Below, one piece after another: positions 53,973 through 64,000 of a DNA stretch of 64,000 nt. The first letter of the stretch is position 1, and each line of letters opens with the position of its first letter. The notes beneath the pieces are model-generated. The model was not told the DNA's origin, searched no databases, and saw nothing but the letters and a program-made list of their open reading frames with translations. The DNA comes from Alphaproteobacteria bacterium (GTDB lineage Bacteria > Pseudomonadota > Alphaproteobacteria > UBA828), in assembly GCA_965214705.1 (NCBI GenBank), contig OZ243972.1, positions 3,744,001 through 3,808,000 of the forward strand, given 5' to 3'. Both the position numbers and the translations under genes were made by a program.

Positions 53973-54051
53973 GGGGGTGTAGCTCAGCCTGGTTTAGAGC
54001 GCCGGCCTGTCACGCCGGAGGTCGCGGGTTCGAGTCCCGTCACTCCCGCCA
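53973..54051 (+). tRNA. tRNA-Asp (anticodon GTC)
   Basis: GGGGGTG/CACTCCC acceptor, CCGGC-CT-GTC-AC-GCCGG, GGTTCGAGTCC, ends GCCA. Confidence 0.97.
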
Positions 54052-54223
54052 TTTCCCCGGGGCGCCGTTCTTGAGCACCGGGACGGGAAGAGCTGCAACG
54101 GGGTGCCGTTTTGATGCAGGCTGCGGGATTCGGGGGTGGCCGGGGATGGCTGCGGCGCGAATGCCGTAGGGATTCCGCCGGCGACCCGTTGGCCGCACGA
54201 GGCCGTTCGGTGGGTGATGGCCG

Positions 54224-54598
54224 ATGACTGCATCGACCGATCTTCTCCTCGAATATCTGCCCATCGTCATCTTTCTCGGTATCGCCGGTGTGATGGCGAT
54301 CGCCGCCATCGCGGGCTCCTACGTGCTCGCGCCGCAACGGCCCGATCGGGACAAGATCGCCGCCTACGAGTGCGGCTTCGACGCCTTCGAGGATGCGCGC
54401 GGCCGCTTCGACGTGCGCTTCTATCTCGTCGCCATTCTCTTCATCATCTTCGACCTCGAGGTCGCCTACCTGTTTCCGTGGGCGGTGTCGTTTAGCGAGA
54501 TCGGGCTCTACGGCTTCTGGTCGATGATCGTGTTCCTCGGGCTGCTGACCATCGGCTTCGTCTACGAGTGGAAGAAGGGCGCGCTCGAATGGGAGTAG
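54224..54598 (+). CDS. nuoA: NADH-quinone oxidoreductase subunit A
   Basis: [29 protein letters not shown]. Confidence 0.98.
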   Translation: MTASTDLLLEYLPIVIFLGIAGVMAIAAIAGSYVLAPQRPDRDKIAAYECGFDAFEDARGRFDVRFYLVAILFIIFDLEVAYLFPWAVSFSEIGLYGFWSMIVFLGLLTIGFVYEWKKGALEWE

Positions 54599-55143
54599 AG
54601 AGCACGACCGTCGGCCTGCCGGGCAAGCCGTTGCCGGCGGGTGAGACCCAGGATCAGGCGCTCGCGCTGGTCAGCGACGAGCTGAACGACAAGGGCTTCG
54701 TCGTCGCCCAGCTCGACAGCGTCATCAACTGGGCGCGCACGGGCTCGCTCTGGCCGATGACCTTCGGGCTCGCCTGCTGCGCGGTCGAGTTCATGCAGAC
54801 CATCGCGTCCCGCTACGACATCGACCGCATCGGTATGGTGCCGCGCGCGAGCCCGCGCCAATCAGACGTGATGATCGTCGCCGGCACGCTCTGCAACAAG
54901 ATGGCGCCCGCGTTCCGGAGGGTCTACGACCAGATGCCAGAGCCCCGTTACGTCATCTCGATGGGCAGCTGCGCCAATGGCGGCGGCTACTATCACTATT
55001 CCTATTCGGTGGTGCGGGGCTGCGACCGTGTCGTCCCGGTGGATGTCTACGTCCCCGGCTGTCCGCCCACGGCCGAAGCGCTGCTTTACGGCATCATGCA
55101 ATTGCAGCGGAAGATCCGGCGCGAAGGGACCATCGCGCGCTAG
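54589..55143 (+). CDS. nuoB: NADH-quinone oxidoreductase subunit B
   Basis: [35 protein letters not shown]. Confidence 0.98.
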   Translation: MGVESTTVGLPGKPLPAGETQDQALALVSDELNDKGFVVAQLDSVINWARTGSLWPMTFGLACCAVEFMQTIASRYDIDRIGMVPRASPRQSDVMIVAGTLCNKMAPAFRRVYDQMPEPRYVISMGSCANGGGYYHYSYSVVRGCDRVVPVDVYVPGCPPTAEALLYGIMQLQRKIRREGTIAR

Positions 55144-55167
55144 CGCGCGGCGAGAGCGGGCGAGGGG

Positions 55168-55797
55168 ATGGATACGGCCGGATTACGCGACCTGGGCGAG
55201 CACGTCGCGACCAGTCTCAGCGATTACGTGTTCGCGGCTGAGGTGACCCGCGACGAGCTGACCGTGGACGCGCGCGCGGACCAGGTGGTGCGTGTGCTCA
55301 AGTTCCTGAAGGACGATCCGCGCTGCCGCTTCGAGCAGCTGACCGACCTCTGCGGCGTCGACTACCCGGAGCGCGACCCGCGCTTCGATGTCGTCTATCA
55401 CCTGCTCAGCTTGAGTCACAATTGCAGGCTGCGTCTCAAGGTTGGGGTCAACGAGGACCAGCCGGTGCCGTCGGCGACCGAGATCTACCCCTCCGCCGGA
55501 TGGTGGGAGCGCGAGACCTGGGACCTCTACGGCATCTACTTCGCCGGCAATCCGGACCTGCGCCGCCTGCTCACGGACTACGGCTTCGACGGCCATCCGT
55601 TGCGCAAGGATTTCCCGCTCACGGGCTATGTCGAGCTGCGCTACGACTCAGAGCAGAAGCGGGTTGTGTACGAGCCGGTGAAGCTCACCCAGGAGTTCCG
55701 CCGCTTCGACTTCCTGAGCCCCTGGGAAGGCGCGTCTTACCCGCTGCCGGGCGACGAGAAGGCCGATGAAGCCGGCGAGGACGGGCGCGAGTCATGA
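55168..55797 (+). CDS. nuoC: NADH-quinone oxidoreductase subunit C
   Basis: [35 protein letters not shown]. Confidence 0.98.
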   Translation: MDTAGLRDLGEHVATSLSDYVFAAEVTRDELTVDARADQVVRVLKFLKDDPRCRFEQLTDLCGVDYPERDPRFDVVYHLLSLSHNCRLRLKVGVNEDQPVPSATEIYPSAGWWERETWDLYGIYFAGNPDLRRLLTDYGFDGHPLRKDFPLTGYVELRYDSEQKRVVYEPVKLTQEFRRFDFLSPWEGASYPLPGDEKADEAGEDGRES

Positions 55798-56972
55798 GCG
55801 AGCGCCAAATCCGCAACATGACCGTGAACTTCGGGCCGCAGCATCCGGCGGCGCACGGCGTGCTGCGCCTGGTGCTGGAGATGGATGGCGAGGTGGTGGA
55901 GCGTGCCGACCCGCACATCGGGCTGCTCCATCGCGGCACCGAGAAGCTGATCGAGTACAAGACCTACCTGCAGGCGGTGCCCTACTTCGACCGGCTCGAC
56001 TATGTCGCGCCGATGAACCAGGAGCACGCCTACGCGCTCGCGGTCGAGGCTCTGCTCGGACTGGAGATTCCCAGACGGGCCCAGTACATCCGGGTGCTCT
56101 ACAGCGAGATTTCGCGCATCGCCAACCACTTGATGAACATCTGCACCATGGCGCTCGACGTCGGCGCGATGACGCCCTTCTTCTGGGGCTTCGAGGAGCG
56201 TGAGCTGACCATGGAGTTCTACGAGCGGGCGTCGGGCTCGCGCCTCCATGCCGCCTACTTCCGCCCCGGCGGTGTCGCCTACGATCTCGCTCCGGAGCTG
56301 CTCTCGGACATCGGCGCGTGGAACGAGAAATTCCCCAAGGTCATCGACGACATCGAGAACGTGCTGACCGAGAATCGCATCTTCAAGCAGCGGACAGTCG
56401 ATATCGGCATTCTGAGCCCGCAGGAGGCCTTCGACTGGGGGCTCACCGGGCCAGTGCTGCGCGGCTCCGGCGTCTCGTGGGACCTGCGCCGCAACCAGCC
56501 CTACGAGGTCTACAGCGAGCTCGACTTCGGGGTGCCGGTCGGCTCCAACGGCGATTGCTACGAGCGCTATCTGGTCCGCATGGAAGAGATGAGGCAATGC
56601 GTCAAGATAATCGCACAATGTCTTGAAAAGATGCCGGAAGGGCCGGTCAAGGTTCAGGACAACAAGATTACGCCACCGTCCAGGGCCGTGATGAAGGAGT
56701 CGATGGAAGCGCTGATCCATCACTTCAAGCTCTACACCGAGGGCTACCACGTGCCGGCGGGCGAGACCTACCGCGCGGTGGAGGCGCCGAAGGGCGAGTT
56801 CGGGGTCTACGTCGTGGCCGACGGCACCAACCGGCCCTATCGCTGCAAGATCAGGGCGCCGGGCTTCGCGCACTTGCAGGTGCTCGACCACATGAGCAAG
56901 GGCCACATGCTGGCGGACACGGTGGCCAACCTCGCAAGCATGGACATCGTGTTCGGGGAGATCGACCGGTGA
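55794..56972 (+). CDS. nuoD: NADH-quinone oxidoreductase subunit D
   Basis: [43 protein letters not shown]. Confidence 0.98.
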   Translation: MSERQIRNMTVNFGPQHPAAHGVLRLVLEMDGEVVERADPHIGLLHRGTEKLIEYKTYLQAVPYFDRLDYVAPMNQEHAYALAVEALLGLEIPRRAQYIRVLYSEISRIANHLMNICTMALDVGAMTPFFWGFEERELTMEFYERASGSRLHAAYFRPGGVAYDLAPELLSDIGAWNEKFPKVIDDIENVLTENRIFKQRTVDIGILSPQEAFDWGLTGPVLRGSGVSWDLRRNQPYEVYSELDFGVPVGSNGDCYERYLVRMEEMRQCVKIIAQCLEKMPEGPVKVQDNKITPPSRAVMKESMEALIHHFKLYTEGYHVPAGETYRAVEAPKGEFGVYVVADGTNRPYRCKIRAPGFAHLQVLDHMSKGHMLADTVANLASMDIVFGEIDR

Positions 56973-57562
56973 CGGGTACGGCGGCCAACGGCGCCGAGGC
57001 GTTCGCCTTCACGCCCGAGAACCGGGCCAAGGCGAACGCCGTGATCGCCAAGTACCCGACGGGCTGCCAGGCCAGCGCGGTGCTGCCGCTGCTCGACCTC
57101 GCCCAGCGTCAGAACGACGGCTGGATTTCCCAGGCGGTGATGGAGCACGTCGCCGAGCTGCTCGACATGGCGTCGATCCGGGTCTACGAGGTCGCCACCT
57201 TCTACACGATGCTGAACCTGGAGCCGGTCGGCCGCCATCACGTCCAGCTTTGCCGGACGACGCCCTGCTGGCTGCGGGGCTCGGACGCGCTGCGCGACGC
57301 CTGCCGGGAGGAGCTCGGCATCGGCTTAGGCGGGACCACCGAGGACGGCGTCTTCACGCTGACCGAGGTCGAGTGCCTGGGCGCCTGCGTCAACGCCCCC
57401 ATGGTGCAGATCAACGATCACTTCTACGAGGACCTCGACCCGGCGCGCATGAAGGAGATCCTGCGTGCCTTCCGGGCCGGGAGCCCGCCCGAGCCGGGCC
57501 CGCAGACCGGCCGCCAGACCTCGGCGCCGGCCTCCGGCCTGACGACACTGACCGAGCTTTGA
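56969..57562 (+). CDS. nuoE: NADH-quinone oxidoreductase subunit E
   Basis: [25 protein letters not shown]. Confidence 0.97.
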   Translation: MTGTAANGAEAFAFTPENRAKANAVIAKYPTGCQASAVLPLLDLAQRQNDGWISQAVMEHVAELLDMASIRVYEVATFYTMLNLEPVGRHHVQLCRTTPCWLRGSDALRDACREELGIGLGGTTEDGVFTLTEVECLGACVNAPMVQINDHFYEDLDPARMKEILRAFRAGSPPEPGPQTGRQTSAPASGLTTLTEL

Positions 57563-57564
57563 GC

Positions 57565-58881
57565 ATGCTCAGCGATTCCGACCGCATCTTCACCAACCTC
57601 TACGGCGCTCAGGACTGGCGCCTGGCCGGCGCCCGTGCGCGGGGCGACTGGGACGGTACGGCGGACCTGATGGCCAAGGGCCACGACTGGATCATCGATC
57701 AGGTCAAGGAGTCAGGCCTGCGCGGGCGCGGCGGCGCCGGCTTCCCGACCGGACTCAAGTGGTCCTTCATGCCGAAGGAGGAGGCCCCCGGCCGCCCGCA
57801 TTACCTCGTGGTCAATGCCGACGAGAGCGAGCCCGGCACCTGCAAGGACCGGGACATGATGCGCCACGATCCGCACAAGCTGATCGAGGGGTGCCTGATC
57901 TCGGGCTTCGCCATGCGGGCGCACGCCGCCTACATCTACATTCGGGGCGAGTTCTACGACGAAGCGGTCGCGCTGCAGGCGGCGATCGACGAGGCCTATG
58001 ACGCGGGCCTCATCGGCAAGAACCCGTGCGGCACCGATTGGCCCTTCGACATCTACCTCCACCGGGGCGCCGGCGCCTACATCTGCGGCGAGGAGACAGG
58101 GCTGCTGGAGAGCCTGGAGGGCAAGCCGGGGCGGCCCCGCCTCAAGCCGCCCTTCCCGGCGGCGGTCGGGCTCTACGGCTGCCCGTCGACGGTGAACAAC
58201 GTCGAGACTATCGCGGTCGTGCCCACCATCCTGCGCCGTGGCGCCGAGTGGTTCGCCGGCCTGGGCCGGCCCAAGAACACCGGCACCAAGGTCTTCTGCA
58301 TCTCCGGCCACGTGAATCAGCCGTGCAACGTGGAAGAGGAGATGGGCATCCCCATGCGCGAGCTGATCGAGAAGCACGCAGGCGGAGTGCGCGGCGGCTG
58401 GGACAACCTGCAGGCGGTCATTCCCGGTGGTGCCTCGGTGCCGCTGCTGCCGAAGTCGATCTGCGACGACGTGCTGATGGACTTCGATTCGCTGATGGCG
58501 GAGAAATCCGGGCTCGGCACGGCGGCGGTGATCGTGATGGACAAGTCGGCCGACGTGGTCGAGGCCATCGCCCGGCTCTCCCACTTTTACATGCACGAGA
58601 GCTGCGGCCAGTGCACGCCCTGCCGCGAGGGCACCGGATGGGTCTACCGCGTGATGCTGCGTCTCATCAGGGGCGAGGCATCGGTGGAAGAGATCGACAT
58701 GCTGTGGGACGTGGTGGGGCAGATCGAGGGGCACACCATCTGCGCCCTCGGCGATGCGGCCGCGTGGCCGGTGCAGGGGCTGATCCGCCACTTCCGGCCC
58801 GAGCTCGAGCGGCGCATCCTGGCCGAGAAGGTCGGTGGCAGCGGTGGCGAGAGCGCGGCTGCGGCAGCGGCGGCCGCCTGA
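57565..58881 (+). CDS. nuoF: NADH-quinone oxidoreductase subunit F
   Basis: [58 protein letters not shown]. Confidence 0.98.
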   Translation: MLSDSDRIFTNLYGAQDWRLAGARARGDWDGTADLMAKGHDWIIDQVKESGLRGRGGAGFPTGLKWSFMPKEEAPGRPHYLVVNADESEPGTCKDRDMMRHDPHKLIEGCLISGFAMRAHAAYIYIRGEFYDEAVALQAAIDEAYDAGLIGKNPCGTDWPFDIYLHRGAGAYICGEETGLLESLEGKPGRPRLKPPFPAAVGLYGCPSTVNNVETIAVVPTILRRGAEWFAGLGRPKNTGTKVFCISGHVNQPCNVEEEMGIPMRELIEKHAGGVRGGWDNLQAVIPGGASVPLLPKSICDDVLMDFDSLMAEKSGLGTAAVIVMDKSADVVEAIARLSHFYMHESCGQCTPCREGTGWVYRVMLRLIRGEASVEEIDMLWDVVGQIEGHTICALGDAAAWPVQGLIRHFRPELERRILAEKVGGSGGESAAAAAAAA

Positions 58882-58892
58882 GGACGCATCCG

Positions 58893-60953
58893 ATGACGAC
58901 GCTCACCATCGACGGCGCAGAGATCACGGTGGAGCCCGGCTCGACCGTGATGCAGGCCTGCATCGAGGCCGGCAAGGAGATTCCGCACTTCTGCTTCCAC
59001 GACCGACTCTCCATCGCCGGCAACTGCCGCATGTGCCTGGTGGAGATGGAGCGCTCGCCGAAGCCCATCGCCTCGTGCGCGATGCCGGCGGCGGACGGCA
59101 TGGTGATCCGCACCGACACGCCGCAGGTCAAGAAGGCGCGGGAAGGGGTGATGGAGTTCCTGCTCATCAATCACCCGCTGGACTGCCCGATCTGCGACCA
59201 GGGCGGCGAGTGCGACCTGCAGGACCAGGCCATGGCCTATGGCCGGCACTTCAGCCGCTTCGATGAAGGCAAGCGCGCGGTCCGCGACAAGGACGTCGGG
59301 CCGCTGATCGAGACAATCATGACGCGCTGCATCCACTGCACGCGCTGCATCCGCTTCGCCGACGAGATTGCGGGGGTCGAGGAGTTTGGCGCGGTCTTCC
59401 GCGGCGAGCACATGGAAATTGGCACCTACGTCGAGAAGGCGGTGAGCTCCGAGCTCAGCGGCAACATGATCGACCTCTGCCCGGTTGGCGCGCTGACCTC
59501 CAAGCCCTACGCCTTCGTTGCGCGCTCGTGGGAGCTCCGGACCACCGAGACGGTCGACGTGCTCGACGCGGTCGGCTCCAACATCCGGGTCGATGCGCGT
59601 GGGACCGAAGTATTGCGGGTCGTGCCGCGCCTGCACGACGACATCAACGAGGAATGGCTCTCGGACAAGAGCCGCTTCGCCTACGACGGGCTGCGCCGGC
59701 GCCGCCTCGACCGCTGCTACGTGCGGCGAAATGGCGCGCTGGAAGCCGCAAGCTGGGTCGAGGCGTTCGACGCCATCGCAGCGGCGGCAGAGGGCCTCGA
59801 CGGCAGCCAGATCGCGACGCTGGCGGGCGACACGGCGGACTGCGAAGCCATGACCGCGATCGCCGATCTCATGGCGGCGCTGGGCTCGCCCAACCTCGAT
59901 TGCCGGCAGGACGGGGCCAGGCTCGATGCGACGAGCCGGGTCTCCTACCTGTTCAACACCACAATCGCCGGGATCGAGGAGGCGGATGCGATCCTCCTGA
60001 TCGGCACCAACCCGCGCTGGGAGGCGTCGCTGGTCAACGCGCGCATCCGCAAGCGCTGGCGCCGGGGCGGGCTGAAAGTCGGCGTCATCGGCCCGCAAGC
60101 GGACCTGACCTACCCCTACCATCATCTGGGAGATGGGCCGCAGAGCCTCGCCACGCTCGCGAAGGGTGGCGACGCCTTCGCCGACGTTCTGAAGATGGCC
60201 GAGAAGCCGATGCTGATCGTCGGCATGGGGGCGCTGACGCGGCCCGACGGCGCCGAGGTGCTGGCGCACGCCAGAGCGGTCGCAGAGGCGACGGGCATGG
60301 TCGCCGACGGCTGGAACGGCTTCAACGTGCTGCATACGGCAGCCGCCCGCGTCGGCGGGCTCGACCTCGGCTTCGTGCCGGGGGAGGGGGGCTGCGACAC
60401 GGCGGCCATCTGCGAGGGCGCCGCGAGCGGCGGGATCAAGCTGCTCTACCTGCTGGGCGCGGACGAGATTGCGCTGGAGCGGCCCGAGAACTGCTTCGTC
60501 GTCTACCAGGGTCACCACGGCGATGCCGGGGCGCGGCTCGCCGACGTGATCCTGCCGGGCGCCGCCTACACCGAGAAGGACGGCACCTACGTCAACCTGG
60601 AAGGCCGGCCGCAGCGGGCCTACGCGGCATCCGCGCCGCTCGGCGATGCGCGTGAGGACTGGCGCATCCTGCGCGCGCTCTCTGCCCGTCTCGGCAACCC
60701 GCTTGCCTACGACACGCTGGACGAGCTGCGCGCCCGGATGATGGAGCGTGCGCCCGCGCTTGCCGCCATCGACGAGATCACACCGGCGCCGTGGGGCGAT
60801 TTCGGTGCTGCCGGCGCCATGGACGACGCGCCCTTCGCGTGCCCCATCGGCGACTTCTACCTGACGGACCCGATTACCCGCGCGTCCCAGACCATGACCG
60901 AGTGCAGCGCCGCGTTCGTCGCTTCGGCAGAAGAGGCCCGCGCCGATGGCTGA
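58893..60953 (+). CDS. nuoG: NADH-quinone oxidoreductase subunit G
   Basis: [50 protein letters not shown]. Confidence 0.98.
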   Translation: MTTLTIDGAEITVEPGSTVMQACIEAGKEIPHFCFHDRLSIAGNCRMCLVEMERSPKPIASCAMPAADGMVIRTDTPQVKKAREGVMEFLLINHPLDCPICDQGGECDLQDQAMAYGRHFSRFDEGKRAVRDKDVGPLIETIMTRCIHCTRCIRFADEIAGVEEFGAVFRGEHMEIGTYVEKAVSSELSGNMIDLCPVGALTSKPYAFVARSWELRTTETVDVLDAVGSNIRVDARGTEVLRVVPRLHDDINEEWLSDKSRFAYDGLRRRRLDRCYVRRNGALEAASWVEAFDAIAAAAEGLDGSQIATLAGDTADCEAMTAIADLMAALGSPNLDCRQDGARLDATSRVSYLFNTTIAGIEEADAILLIGTNPRWEASLVNARIRKRWRRGGLKVGVIGPQADLTYPYHHLGDGPQSLATLAKGGDAFADVLKMAEKPMLIVGMGALTRPDGAEVLAHARAVAEATGMVADGWNGFNVLHTAAARVGGLDLGFVPGEGGCDTAAICEGAASGGIKLLYLLGADEIALERPENCFVVYQGHHGDAGARLADVILPGAAYTEKDGTYVNLEGRPQRAYAASAPLGDAREDWRILRALSARLGNPLAYDTLDELRARMMERAPALAAIDEITPAPWGDFGAAGAMDDAPFACPIGDFYLTDPITRASQTMTECSAAFVASAEEARADG

Positions 60954-61962
60954 AGCGGGAGTCTGGAGCACCTACTTCTACCCGCTGTTCCTGACCATCG
61001 GGTACATCCTCGCGATCGTGGTGCCGCTGCTGCTGGTGCTCGCCTTCATCACGTATTTCGAACGCAAGGTGTGGGCGGCGATACAGCTGCGCAAGGGGCC
61101 CAACGTGGTGGGGCCCTTCGGCCTGCTGCAGCCGGTGGCGGACGGGATCAAGTGCCTGTTCAAGGAGACCATCGTCCCCGCCGGCGCCAATCGCATGCTC
61201 TTCGTGCTGGCGCCGATGGTGACCTTCAGCCTCGGCCTCATCGGCTGGGCGGTGATCCCCTTCGACCAGCACCTCGTGCTCGCCGACCTGAATGTCGGGC
61301 TGCTCTACCTCTTCGCGGTCTCTTCGCTCGGCGTCTACGGCATCATCATCGCGGGCTGGGCCAGCAACTCGAAGTATGCCTTCCTCGGCGCGCTGCGCTC
61401 GGCGGCGCAGATGGTCTCCTACGAGGTCTCCATCGGCTTCGTCCTCGTGACGGTGCTGCTCTGCGTCGGCTCGCTCAACCTCAACGACATCGTCGAGGCG
61501 CAGAAGGGCCTCTGGTTCTTCATCCCGCTGTTCCCGATGTTCGTGATCTACGTGGTGTCCGCGCTGGCGGAGACCAACCGCACGCCCTTCGACCTGCCGG
61601 AAGCTGAGGGCGAGCTGGTGGCCGGCTACCAGGTGGAATACTCGTCGATGACCTGGCTGCTTTTCATGATGGGGGAGTACGCCAACATCGTCCTCCTGAG
61701 TGGGCTCAGTGTGATCCTGTTCCTCGGTGGCTGGCTGCCGCCGTTCCACGTCGAGCCGCTGATGGCGGTTCCCGGCGTGGTCTGGTTCCTGCTGAAGACC
61801 GCGGTGGTCGTGTTCTTTTTCACGTGGACCCGCGCGACGCTGCCGCGCTACCGCTACGATCAGCTCATGCGGCTCGGCTGGAAGGTGTTCCTGCCCGCCT
61901 CGCTCGCCATGGTCGTGATCGTCGCCGGCGCGCTGCACGCGTTCGACTGGTTGCCGAGGTAG
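60946..61962 (+). CDS. nuoH: NADH-quinone oxidoreductase subunit H
   Basis: [49 protein letters not shown]. Confidence 0.98.
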   Translation: MAEAGVWSTYFYPLFLTIGYILAIVVPLLLVLAFITYFERKVWAAIQLRKGPNVVGPFGLLQPVADGIKCLFKETIVPAGANRMLFVLAPMVTFSLGLIGWAVIPFDQHLVLADLNVGLLYLFAVSSLGVYGIIIAGWASNSKYAFLGALRSAAQMVSYEVSIGFVLVTVLLCVGSLNLNDIVEAQKGLWFFIPLFPMFVIYVVSALAETNRTPFDLPEAEGELVAGYQVEYSSMTWLLFMMGEYANIVLLSGLSVILFLGGWLPPFHVEPLMAVPGVVWFLLKTAVVVFFFTWTRATLPRYRYDQLMRLGWKVFLPASLAMVVIVAGALHAFDWLPR

Positions 61963-62026
61963 GTCACTGTGGCGACGGCTGGCGGCCTGTGCTATGGCCG
62001 CGCCCGGCGCCGACAAGGAGGTCGCC

Positions 62027-62515
62027 ATGCCAGCGATTGAGCAGACAGTTCGATCCTTGCTCCTGACCGAGCTGGCGGTTGGGCTCGGCGTGACCTTCAA
62101 GTCGATGTTCAAGCGCAAGGCGACGCTCAACTACCCCTACGAGAAGGGCATGCTGAGCCCGCGCTTTCGCGGCGAGCACGCGCTGCGCCGCTACCCCAAC
62201 GGCGAGGAGCGCTGCATCGCCTGCAAGCTGTGCGAGGCGATCTGCCCCGCGCAGGCCATCACCATCGAGGCGGAGCCGAGGGAGGACGGCAGCCGGCGCA
62301 CCACGCGCTACGACATCGACATGGTGAAGTGCATCTATTGCGGCTTCTGTCAGGAGGCTTGCCCGGTCGACGCCATCGTCGAGGGGCCGAACTTCGAGTT
62401 TGCCGCCGAGACCCGCGAGGAGCTGCTCTACAACAAGGAGAAGCTGCTCGACAACGGCGACCGCTGGGAGCGGGAGATCGCCGCGAACCTGAGCGCGGAG
62501 GCACCCTACCGCTGA
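62027..62515 (+). CDS. nuoI: NADH-quinone oxidoreductase subunit I
   Basis: [12 protein letters not shown] and [12 protein letters not shown]; SD AAGGAGG before ATG 62027. Confidence 0.98.
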   Translation: MPAIEQTVRSLLLTELAVGLGVTFKSMFKRKATLNYPYEKGMLSPRFRGEHALRRYPNGEERCIACKLCEAICPAQAITIEAEPREDGSRRTTRYDIDMVKCIYCGFCQEACPVDAIVEGPNFEFAAETREELLYNKEKLLDNGDRWEREIAANLSAEAPYR

Positions 62516-62564
62516 GCCGGGATCGGCAGGGGCGGAACGGTAAGCCAAGCGGGACCACGGCACG

Positions 62565-63194
62565 ATGATCATCCAGACGATCATGTTCTATGTCCTTGCC
62601 GTGGTGACGGTGGGGGCGGGCGTCATGGTGATCGCCTCGCGCAACCCGGTTCACTCGGTGCTGTTCCTGATCCTGGCGTTCTTCAACTCGGCCGGGCTCT
62701 TCGTGATGATGGGCGCCGAGTTCCTGGCGATGATCCTGATCATCGTCTACGTCGGCGCGGTCGCCGTGCTCTTCCTCTTTGTCGTGATGATGCTGAACAT
62801 CAACTTCGCGGAGCTGCGTGCGGGCTTTCTGCAATATCTGCCCATCGGCGGCGTCATCGGCATCATACTGCTCGCCGAGCTGGTGCTGGTCTTCGCCTCG
62901 GGCGCCATCGACATCGAGGTGCCGACGACGGTGGCATCGCCGACGCCGCCGGCCGACGAGATCACCAACACGCAAGCGCTGGGCGACGTGCTCTACACGC
63001 ACTACGCCTACCTCTTCCAGGGCGCGGGCTTCATCCTCCTGATCGCGATGGTGGGCGCCATCGTGCTCACCCACCGGCGCCGCGTCGACGTCCGGCGCCA
63101 GCGCATCGCCGATCAGGTGGCGCGCGATCCCAAGGCAGCCGTTCAGGTCACCGACATCGAGCCGGGCGCGGAGGGGACATGGAAATCGGACTGA
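62565..63194 (+). CDS. nuoJ: NADH-quinone oxidoreductase subunit J
   Basis: [15 protein letters not shown]...[17 protein letters not shown]. Confidence 0.97.
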   Translation: MIIQTIMFYVLAVVTVGAGVMVIASRNPVHSVLFLILAFFNSAGLFVMMGAEFLAMILIIVYVGAVAVLFLFVVMMLNINFAELRAGFLQYLPIGGVIGIILLAELVLVFASGAIDIEVPTTVASPTPPADEITNTQALGDVLYTHYAYLFQGAGFILLIAMVGAIVLTHRRRVDVRRQRIADQVARDPKAAVQVTDIEPGAEGTWKSD

Positions 63195-63487
63195 CCCATT
63201 ACCTCACCGTGGCCGCGGTCCTGTTCACCCTCGGCGTCGTCGGTATCTTCCTCAACCGCAAGAACGTCATCATCATCCTGATGGCGATCGAGCTGATGCT
63301 GCTTGCGGTCAACATCAACCTGGTCGCCTTCTCGACCTTCCTCAACGACATGGTGGGCCAGGTCTTCGCCATGCTCGTGCTCACGGTCGCCGCCGCCGAG
63401 GCTGCGATCGGTCTCGCCATCCTGGTCGTCTACTTCCGCAATCGCGGCAGCATCGCCGTCGAGGACGTCAACGTGATGAAGGGTTAG
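63179..63487 (+). CDS. nuoK: NADH-quinone oxidoreductase subunit K
   Basis: [24 protein letters not shown]. Confidence 0.97.
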   Translation: MEIGLTHYLTVAAVLFTLGVVGIFLNRKNVIIILMAIELMLLAVNINLVAFSTFLNDMVGQVFAMLVLTVAAAEAAIGLAILVVYFRNRGSIAVEDVNVMKG

Positions 63488-63493
63488 GCGCCG

Positions 63494-64000
63494 GTGCTCT
63501 ATTACGCCGCGCCCATTTTCCTGCCGCTCTTCGGGGCGGTAATCGCCGGCCTGTTCGGCCGGGTGATCGGCGCGCGCGGTGCCCAGCTCGTCACCTGCGG
63601 CGCGATGGGCGTCGCCGCGGTGATGGCGATCGTGGTCTTCACCGAGGTCGTGCTCCAGGGCGAGACCGCGACCATCGTCCTCTTCGACTGGTTCGCCTCC
63701 GGCGATCTCGACGTCGACTGGCTGCTCAGGTTCGACGAGCTGACCGGGGTGATGGTCTTCGTCGTCTGCGTGGTCTCGTTCCTGATCCACGTCTATTCGA
63801 TCGGCTACATGGCGCACGACCCCCATGTGCCGCGCTTCTTCGCCTACCTCTCGCTCTTCACCTTCTTCATGCTGGCGCTGGTCAGCGCCGACAACTTCTT
63901 GCAGATGTTCTTCGGCTGGGAGGGCGTCGGCCTCGTCTCCTATCTGCTGATCGGCTTCTGGTACAAGCGGCCATCGGCGAATGCCGCGGCGATCAAGGCC
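63494..64000 (+). CDS. nuoL: NADH-quinone oxidoreductase subunit L, 3'-truncated by window edge
   Basis: GTG 63494 MLYYAAPIFLPL...; IHVYSIGYMAHDP..PRFFAYLSLFTF.ML, FFGWEGVGL.SYLLIGFW. Not in the ORF track. Confidence 0.96.
   Translation, partial: MLYYAAPIFLPLFGAVIAGLFGRVIGARGAQLVTCGAMGVAAVMAIVVFTEVVLQGETATIVLFDWFASGDLDVDWLLRFDELTGVMVFVVCVVSFLIHVYSIGYMAHDPHVPRFFAYLSLFTFFMLALVSADNFLQMFFGWEGVGLVSYLLIGFWYKRPSANAAAIKA

Noticed and set aside
47306-54051. Region between tRNA-Pro and tRNA-Val/Asp as a tRNA-integrated genomic island
   Set aside because: It lies on the 5' side of all three tRNAs, with no duplicated tRNA 3' end and no integrase.
54150-54169. CTGCGGC-N6-GCCGTAG dyad upstream of nuoA as a RegA/RegR box
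   Set aside because: The spacer is 6 rather than the usual 5 nt, and GC-rich dyads are common by chance here.
58840-58881. Poly-Ala tail of NuoF as a frameshift or extra domain
   Set aside because: In-frame short low-complexity tail after the conserved end; nuoG follows normally.

Overview
High-GC bacterial DNA in two parts. Positions 1-13.7 kb are an accessory island: the end of a type II secretion operon (gspJ-K-L-M) converging on a Tat-exported DUF1501 protein and a giant (~1730 aa if repaired) secreted protein with three CxxCH motifs, repeated beta-rich modules and a DUF1588-like core. The island has several lesions: gspM is split by a 2666-bp tyrosine-recombinase + IS91-family HUH transposase element, the giant gene is frameshifted at a G8 run, and an IS5-type MITE plus a full IS5 with non-matching flanks sit upstream of it. 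From 13.7 kb the backbone looks alphaproteobacterial (inferred from gene order): hyuA/hyuB; cca-DUF6111-nudL-DUF1285; an orphan polyamine-type SBP and double-wHTH GntR between ~85%-identical 180-bp direct repeats; a minus-strand catabolic cluster (sugar ABC, acoABC, second hyuB, LLM oxidoreductase, CMD protein) interrupted by an inverted hypothetical gene; a multicopper oxidase; acetoacetate-CoA ligase; an MNT-HEPN pair with a frameshifted toxin; rrf2-sufBCDSU-sufT-sufA; tRNA-Pro; DUF502; a carbamoylase; a quinone oxidoreductase; a lipoprotein S8 protease with a beta-barrel-like tail; HU; tRNA-Val; tRNA-Asp; and nuoA-nuoL (nuoL truncated by the window end). Best candidates for undescribed biology: the T2SS + heme/DUF1588 + DUF1501 module; the end architecture of the int+IS91 element, whose circle junction folds into a 33-bp hairpin with a 4-nt bulge at the junction; and a hypothetical gene whose internal 26-nt motif recurs as an orphan copy with an IHF consensus beside tRNA-Pro. 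All calls come from motif reading and hand alignment; no database searches were run.
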